Assembly (NCBI GenBank): GCA_014729135.1
Contig: WJKK01000001.1
Location: 730,919-794,918 of the forward strand
Reading direction: 5' to 3'
From: a candidate division WWE3 bacterium
GTDB taxonomy: Bacteria > Patescibacteriota > WWE3 > UBA101185 > UBA10185
DNA: 64,000 bases
Shown: piece by piece, positions 59,027 to 64,000 of the stretch
Numbering within the stretch: the stretch's first letter is position 1
Layout of the letters: each line of letters opens with the position of its first letter
Notes under the pieces: model-generated
Told to the model about the DNA's origin: nothing
Databases searched by the model: none
What the model saw: only the letters and a program-made list of their open reading frames with translations
Made by a program: the position numbers and the translations under genes

Positions 59027-59680
59027 TTAGTGCTGCGGCTTTAAAACCAAGACTTCCGTCTCATCAGGCACGCGCGAAGTACTCGACAAATTCAACTCCG
59101 ACTTTTGCTTCACGTCATCCTCTGCTCCCATCTCCTTTAAAAACGCCTCCAACTTAGCCAACTTCTTATCATACTTGGAATCCTTCGTATCATAATGCAT
59201 AGGCACCACAAATCCGGGCTCAATAGAGGAAATCACCTTAGTAGCAAGCTCTGCATCAATAACGTAGTTTCCCCCTACCGGAATCATCAAAACGTCGACA
59301 TCGCCTACTTTCTCCAAAGTCTTCTGCGGAAGTTCGTGCCCTAAACTCCCAAGATGCAAAATGCTAAAGTCGCCGTTGTCTATTAAATAGGCTGTGTTTT
59401 TTCCTAGATCGGAGCCTTCTTTGGCATCGTGATAAGTAGGAAGGCCGTAAATAAAAATTCCTCCCATTTCGTACTCCCCCGGAGAATCTATTGTAAATTC
59501 GTTCCCCACCACTCCTTTTGTGTAAGTGGTTTCCTTGTCGTTGTGGGAAAGCAAGAGGATGTCTGCTTTTGTCTCAGGAAAGTCGTATCCAAAGGATTTG
59601 GGATCGTAAGGGTCTATAACGATGGCGGTTTTGTCGATTTCTACTTTGAAGCTTGAGTGGCCTATGTATGTTATTTTCAT
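59027..59680 (-). CDS. Metallo-beta-lactamase-fold protein (degenerate metal site)
   Basis: MKITYIGHSSF, IDPY, IPVGG, VPMHY; HxHxDH reads SHNDKET. Confidence 0.85.
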   Translation of the reverse strand: MKITYIGHSSFKVEIDKTAIVIDPYDPKSFGYDFPETKADILLLSHNDKETTYTKGVVGNEFTIDSPGEYEMGGIFIYGLPTYHDAKEGSDLGKNTAYLIDNGDFSILHLGSLGHELPQKTLEKVGDVDVLMIPVGGNYVIDAELATKVISSIEPGFVVPMHYDTKDSKYDKKLAKLEAFLKEMGAEDDVKQKSELNLSSTSRVPDETEVLVLKPQH

Positions 59681-59711
59681 GGGAGTATCTTAACACAAGT
59701 GGAGAAAGTGA

Positions 59712-59921
59712 CTAGTCCCAATCTTCCCATTTATATCTATCACCATATCCATAAGGATCATTCTCTAGCTCCTTTATTGCTGCCATCAATTCCTCTGTTG
59801 TTACACCCACTTTCAAATCAAAAACACCCGTTACTCTTTTTACACGGGGAGGTGTGCCTTCTTCTCCTTTCTCGGGAGCATTCTTATTAATATTAGCTTT
59901 TCTTGAACTTTTCTGCACCAT
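59712..59921 (-). CDS. Small hypothetical protein
   Basis: 69-aa ORF with TAGAAT upstream. Confidence 0.5.
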   Translation of the reverse strand: MVQKSSRKANINKNAPEKGEEGTPPRVKRVTGVFDLKVGVTTEELMAAIKELENDPYGYGDRYKWEDWD

Positions 59922-60092
59922 GGTAAGTACATTCTAAAAGGGGTCTGCACAATTGTCTACTAGAAGTGGAACAGTGTACCGCACTACACTATTTTCGCCC
60001 TTTTTGGTGTAATGCAGCACACTCTCTAAAGAGAGCGTGTGGTGAAGGAATTTTAGACAAAAGGAACTCCGGAGATTACAATACAAAGGACT

Positions 60093-61436
60093 ATGAAAAA
60101 CATGAAAGATCAAAAATTAACAACAGAACCATACAAAGGAGCACGTGACTTCTATCCTGAGGAGAAGCGTATCCAGGAATATTTATTTAACATTTGGAGA
60201 GAAACTGCTAAAAGCTTTGGATATGAAGAATACGACTTCCCTCTTTTGGAAAAGTATGAATTGTATGAAGCTAAATCGGGGGAAGATTTGGTTCAAAATC
60301 AACTTTATTCCTTTGAGGACAGAGGCGGAAGAAAAGTAGCAGTACGTCCTGAAAAGACCCCTTCCCTAGCAAGAATGGTAGCTGCTCGAGTACAATCCTT
60401 ACCCAAACCCATCCGCTGGTTTAACATTGGAAATTGCTGGCGATATGAAAAGCCTCAAAGAGGTCGCGGAAGGGAATTCTACCAATTTGACTGCGATATT
60501 TTTGGAGTTGATGACATTTTCGCTGATGTAGAGGTCTTCTCTATTCCCATAGAGGTGATGAAAAAGCTTGGAGCAACTTCTGAAATGTTTGAAATTCGTG
60601 TTAACAATAGAAAATTCGCGGAGAGTTATTTGCGCAATATCGTTGAACTAAAGGGAGGGATGGCAGAAAAAGACTCACAGCTTTATGCGGTTACAAAAGC
60701 TATAGATTCCAAACCAAAGATTTCTGAAAATGAATTTTTGAAACTGCTAGAAGAGGCTTGGGTTAGCACAAAACAAATTGAAAAGCTAAACGAATACCTA
60801 AGTGCAGATCTGGAATTTGTGTCAAAGTATGCCAAGGACAATGAGGGAGCTAAGGAATTGCTAGATTTCTTTGCATTAATGAAAGAAACAGGATACGGCG
60901 AATTTATCGCCTTCAAACCGGAAATTATGCGCGGATTAGACTATTACACAGGCATGGTAATTGAGCAGTTTGACTTGAATCCCAAAAACAACCGCTCCAT
61001 GTACGGCGGGGGGCGCTATGAAAATTTAATTGGCCTTTTTTCTGATGAACAAATGGGGGGAGTTGGTTTTGCCATGGGCGATATGACCCTCCTAGAATTT
61101 CTCAAAGGATGGAATTTGCTACCGGAAATAGAACAGGAAGTTGACTATTATGTGACGGTCTGGCCTGTAAGTAAAGGAGCTAGCGAAGGCAAACAGGAAG
61201 CAACGGGAAACCTAGCAGACGCTTTTAAAACAGCTCGAAAACTAAGGGAAAAAGGTAAAAATGTCATAAATTGTCTAGACCCCACTACAAGCATTTCAGA
61301 CCAGCTAGCTGATGCAAACAAAAGAGGAGCCAAAAACGTTGTAATTCAAGGCCCTCAGGAAGAGGAAGAAGGCGTTGTTAGCGTTAAAAACATGAAATCA
61401 GGTGAGCAACAACAAATCCCCATAGAAAAACTGTAA
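60093..61436 (+). CDS. hisS: Histidine--tRNA ligase
   Basis: KGARDFYP, RPEKTPS, RYEKPQRGRGREFYQ, RGLDYYTG, GGGRY. Confidence 0.97.
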   Translation: MKNMKDQKLTTEPYKGARDFYPEEKRIQEYLFNIWRETAKSFGYEEYDFPLLEKYELYEAKSGEDLVQNQLYSFEDRGGRKVAVRPEKTPSLARMVAARVQSLPKPIRWFNIGNCWRYEKPQRGRGREFYQFDCDIFGVDDIFADVEVFSIPIEVMKKLGATSEMFEIRVNNRKFAESYLRNIVELKGGMAEKDSQLYAVTKAIDSKPKISENEFLKLLEEAWVSTKQIEKLNEYLSADLEFVSKYAKDNEGAKELLDFFALMKETGYGEFIAFKPEIMRGLDYYTGMVIEQFDLNPKNNRSMYGGGRYENLIGLFSDEQMGGVGFAMGDMTLLEFLKGWNLLPEIEQEVDYYVTVWPVSKGASEGKQEATGNLADAFKTARKLREKGKNVINCLDPTTSISDQLADANKRGAKNVVIQGPQEEEEGVVSVKNMKSGEQQQIPIEKL

Positions 61437-61472
61437 CCAAATCGTTCCCGTTACTGTGCTAAGATAAACCAA

Positions 61473-62486
61473 GTGTTTAAAACTGCCCAACACAACAAAA
61501 AACACAAGCATAGCGAGCACTTTCTAGCCTATGCCGCCTTAACAACTGTAACGCTTCTGTGGGCGTTGGCGGGACCTGTTATTAAGCTCACACTCCATGG
61601 AATACCTCCTATGCACTTTCTGTTTCTGCGCCTCTTGATAGTGTGTATTGTCATTTTACCGGCACTGATTATGCGGCTTCAAAAGAATCCGGTGAGCTCA
61701 AAAGAAATCCCTACGCTAATAGCACTAGGACTGTTTAGCCAAAGCAGCCTGGCGCTAAGCTTTATTGGCTATCAATACGCCACAGCACTAGATGCCGCTA
61801 TTATTACGCTCATCTCTCCCCTACTTTCTGTGGCTGCCGGTCATCTCTACTTTAATGAAAAAGTCAGCAAAAAAACTAAAATTGGATTGACTTTGGCTAC
61901 AGTAGGCACCGCTTTAATCATTTTTGAGCCTTTGCTTTTAAACAATCACACGCCTTTGATTACTAAGGAGCTTCGCGTGCTTGGAAACATTCTTATATTA
62001 AGCTCAACGGTTGCTTTTTTGATTTATACGATTTGGTCTAAGTATGCGGAAGGTGCCCGTAGTAAAAAGCTTAAAAGTACGTTTAAGCTTTTGCACTTGC
62101 ATCGCCTGAAAAGGAATAGGTCGGCTTTGGAGATTACGTTTATTACTTTTTATGTAGGGCTTGCAACAACTATTCCTTTGGTGTTTTTGGAGGCTAAGGG
62201 GTTTTTAAATGGAGGGGTTCCGGTGGATTTTAATCCTGCTAACCTTGCAACGATAACTATTTTAGGGATTTTGTATATGGCGATTTTTTCTTCTATTGTG
62301 GCCTACACGCTTTTTGAATGGGCTTTGCAAATTTCGAGTGTTACGGATACTGCGTTTTTCAACTACCTCTCCCCTATTTTTGTTTTACCCTTTGCCTATG
62401 TGCTTTTAGGGGAAATTCCCACGACAATGAGTTTAATTGGTGGTGGAATCATTGCTGCCGGAGTGATTATTGCTGAGCATAAATAA
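61473..62486 (+). CDS. DMT/EamA family transporter
   Basis: Ten TM helices; two EamA repeats (FNEK, LGE). Confidence 0.9.
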   Translation: MFKTAQHNKKHKHSEHFLAYAALTTVTLLWALAGPVIKLTLHGIPPMHFLFLRLLIVCIVILPALIMRLQKNPVSSKEIPTLIALGLFSQSSLALSFIGYQYATALDAAIITLISPLLSVAAGHLYFNEKVSKKTKIGLTLATVGTALIIFEPLLLNNHTPLITKELRVLGNILILSSTVAFLIYTIWSKYAEGARSKKLKSTFKLLHLHRLKRNRSALEITFITFYVGLATTIPLVFLEAKGFLNGGVPVDFNPANLATITILGILYMAIFSSIVAYTLFEWALQISSVTDTAFFNYLSPIFVLPFAYVLLGEIPTTMSLIGGGIIAAGVIIAEHK

Positions 62487-62601
62487 GGGACAGTCCTTTA
62501 AGAGGCCTGTCCTTTTCTCTCCGAGACGGCGCAAGTTATGACATTTGAGGCTAATTGCTGCCATAGTTTTAGGGGACAGTCCTTTAAGAGGACTGTCCCC
62601 T
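62487..62601. repeat. Pair of REP-like palindromes
   Basis: GGGACAGTCCTTTAAGAGGCCTGTCC and GGGGACAGTCCTTTAAGAGGACTGTCCCC. Confidence 0.75.
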
Positions 62602-62663
62602 ATTTCTAACTGCTGGAATAGGCATTGCCCACCGCAAAAAAAGCTGATATACTACACAACGCT

Positions 62664-63125
62664 ATGAAGAAGAACTTGCAGCCAAAAGTAAATACGGACT
62701 GTGTTGTAACCTGCGCCTGTGGAAACACCTTCACAACCACCTCCACTAAGCAAAAGATTACGGTAGACATTTGCAGTCAGTGCCATCCCTTTTATACAGG
62801 GAAGCAGCGCTATGTTGACACTGAAGGTCGTATTGAAAAGTTTGAGAAAAAGGTTAAGTTGGCTCAGGAAAAGCAAAAGGCTCGTAAGGCTAAGGCCTCT
62901 AAGAAAACGGAAAGCACTAAAAAGAAGCAGACCAAGAAAAAGACCTTAAAGGAGATGTTAGCAGAGGCGCAAACCACCGGAGGGTCTAAAGCCCCTTCCA
63001 AAGCTGCTGACGAAAAGGATCCCGGATCGGCGTCCGGAATGACGGAAACTCCTTCCAACTCAACATCCAATTCAGGCCCCAAAGACTCCAAGAAATCCGA
63101 TAAAGACGATGGCAAAAAACAATAG
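62664..63125 (+). CDS. rpmE: 50S ribosomal protein L31 (Zn type) with long low-complexity tail
   Basis: CACGN...[12 protein letters not shown]...GRIEKF; ATG 62664. Confidence 0.93.
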   Translation: MKKNLQPKVNTDCVVTCACGNTFTTTSTKQKITVDICSQCHPFYTGKQRYVDTEGRIEKFEKKVKLAQEKQKARKAKASKKTESTKKKQTKKKTLKEMLAEAQTTGGSKAPSKAADEKDPGSASGMTETPSNSTSNSGPKDSKKSDKDDGKKQ

Positions 63126-63197
63126 CTGACGTCAACCTCCAAAAATTCAACAGAAAAAGCAGTTGTCAGGGCAACTAAAGCAAGGAGCAAAAACAAA

Positions 63198-64000
63198 ATG
63201 GATGAAGTTAAACAAAACCTCTTAGAACAAATCCAAACTATAGAAAAGCAAATAGCCGAAAACGAAGAGCTTTTGAAAGAAACCCAGGATAGCGAAATGC
63301 AAGAGCTAATTAAAGCAGAAATAAAAGCACTTCAAACTCAAAAAGAAGGTCTTAAAGAAGCTATAGAAAACCTGGAACAGCAACAGCAAGCTCGCCAAGA
63401 AGAGGCGGAAGAAGCCCAAGGACCGCAAATTTTACCCAATGAGGCCATTTTGGAGATCAGATCAGGCACAGGAGGAGATGAGGCAGGACTTTTTGCACAT
63501 GATTTATACCGAATGTATGTTCGTTATGCTCAAAACAAAAACTGGAAAGTTGGTAGGGTTTTTTATTCCGAAAACACAGCGGGCGGTATAAAAACTGCAA
63601 TCCTTTCTATTAAAGGAAAGAACGTCTACAGATTGCTAAAAAACGAGTCAGGCGTACATCGAGTACAAAGAGTACCCACAACAGAGTCCTCCGGCCGCAT
63701 ACACACCTCTACAGCTACTGTTGCTGTACTTCCCAAGTTTAAAAAGATAGAACTGGAAATTAAAGATGACGATTTAGAAATGGACTTTTTTAGAGCGGGA
63801 GGTTCCGGAGGGCAAAATGTTAATAAGGTTTCTACGGCAGTTAGAATCAAGCATGTCCCCACCGGAGTAGTTGTGGAGTGCCAGGAGGAAAGAACTCAGC
63901 TTAAAAACCGGCATAAGGCTATGGAGATGCTGAAATCCAAAATTTTTGAGATGATGCGAAAGCAGAAAGTGCAGGAAATTACGGAGCTTCGGGCTTCTAA
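63198..64000 (+). CDS. prfA: Peptide chain release factor 1, short N-terminus, 3'-partial
   Basis: Missing from the ORF track. EIRSGTGGDEA, GVHRVQRVPTTE (PxT), GGQNVNK; open to the window edge. Confidence 0.93.
   Translation, partial: MDEVKQNLLEQIQTIEKQIAENEELLKETQDSEMQELIKAEIKALQTQKEGLKEAIENLEQQQQARQEEAEEAQGPQILPNEAILEIRSGTGGDEAGLFAHDLYRMYVRYAQNKNWKVGRVFYSENTAGGIKTAILSIKGKNVYRLLKNESGVHRVQRVPTTESSGRIHTSTATVAVLPKFKKIELEIKDDDLEMDFFRAGGSGGQNVNKVSTAVRIKHVPTGVVVECQEERTQLKNRHKAMEMLKSKIFEMMRKQKVQEITELRAS

Overview
This looks like 64 kb of a small, AT-rich bacterial chromosome using genetic code 11. The gene content suggests Patescibacteria/CPR, probably Microgenomates/WWE3-like. That placement is inferred from the short RF1, the many pilins and the lgt-dksA-lspA-rluA-lytR cluster. 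Housekeeping blocks are rpmF-nusB-acp-rnc-rpsP-khpA-trmD, murF, holB-like, gyrB-ppaC-gyrA-rnhB-guaB, xer, yebC, efp, rlmB, dnaB, hisS, rpmE-prfA and tRNA-Leu(CAA). A split type IV pilus system occupies 6.9-17.9 kb and 26.6-32.2 kb. An accessory patch at 18-24.3 kb holds a GC-rich gene, an IS3-family element and a radical SAM/SPASM enzyme with an unannotated 39-aa Cys-Xaa-Pro repeat peptide. An AbiE pair lies at 56-57.5 kb. The most notable signal is non-coding, at 32.3-32.5 kb on the minus strand. It is a 72-nt tRNA/tmRNA-like RNA (G3-U70 acceptor, T arm, encoded CCA, no mRNA-like domain) followed by a separately promoted and terminated ~80-nt RNA that is complementary, in two permuted segments, to 21 contiguous nt of the first RNA's central arm. 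Other signals are a loxP/dif-like site beside the Xer gene, pervasive apparently leaderless genes, a pilin with knottin-like repeats, an ACP lacking its phosphopantetheine Ser, and covarying GNA-triloop hairpin repeats. All calls come from reading the sequence by eye; no database searches were run.
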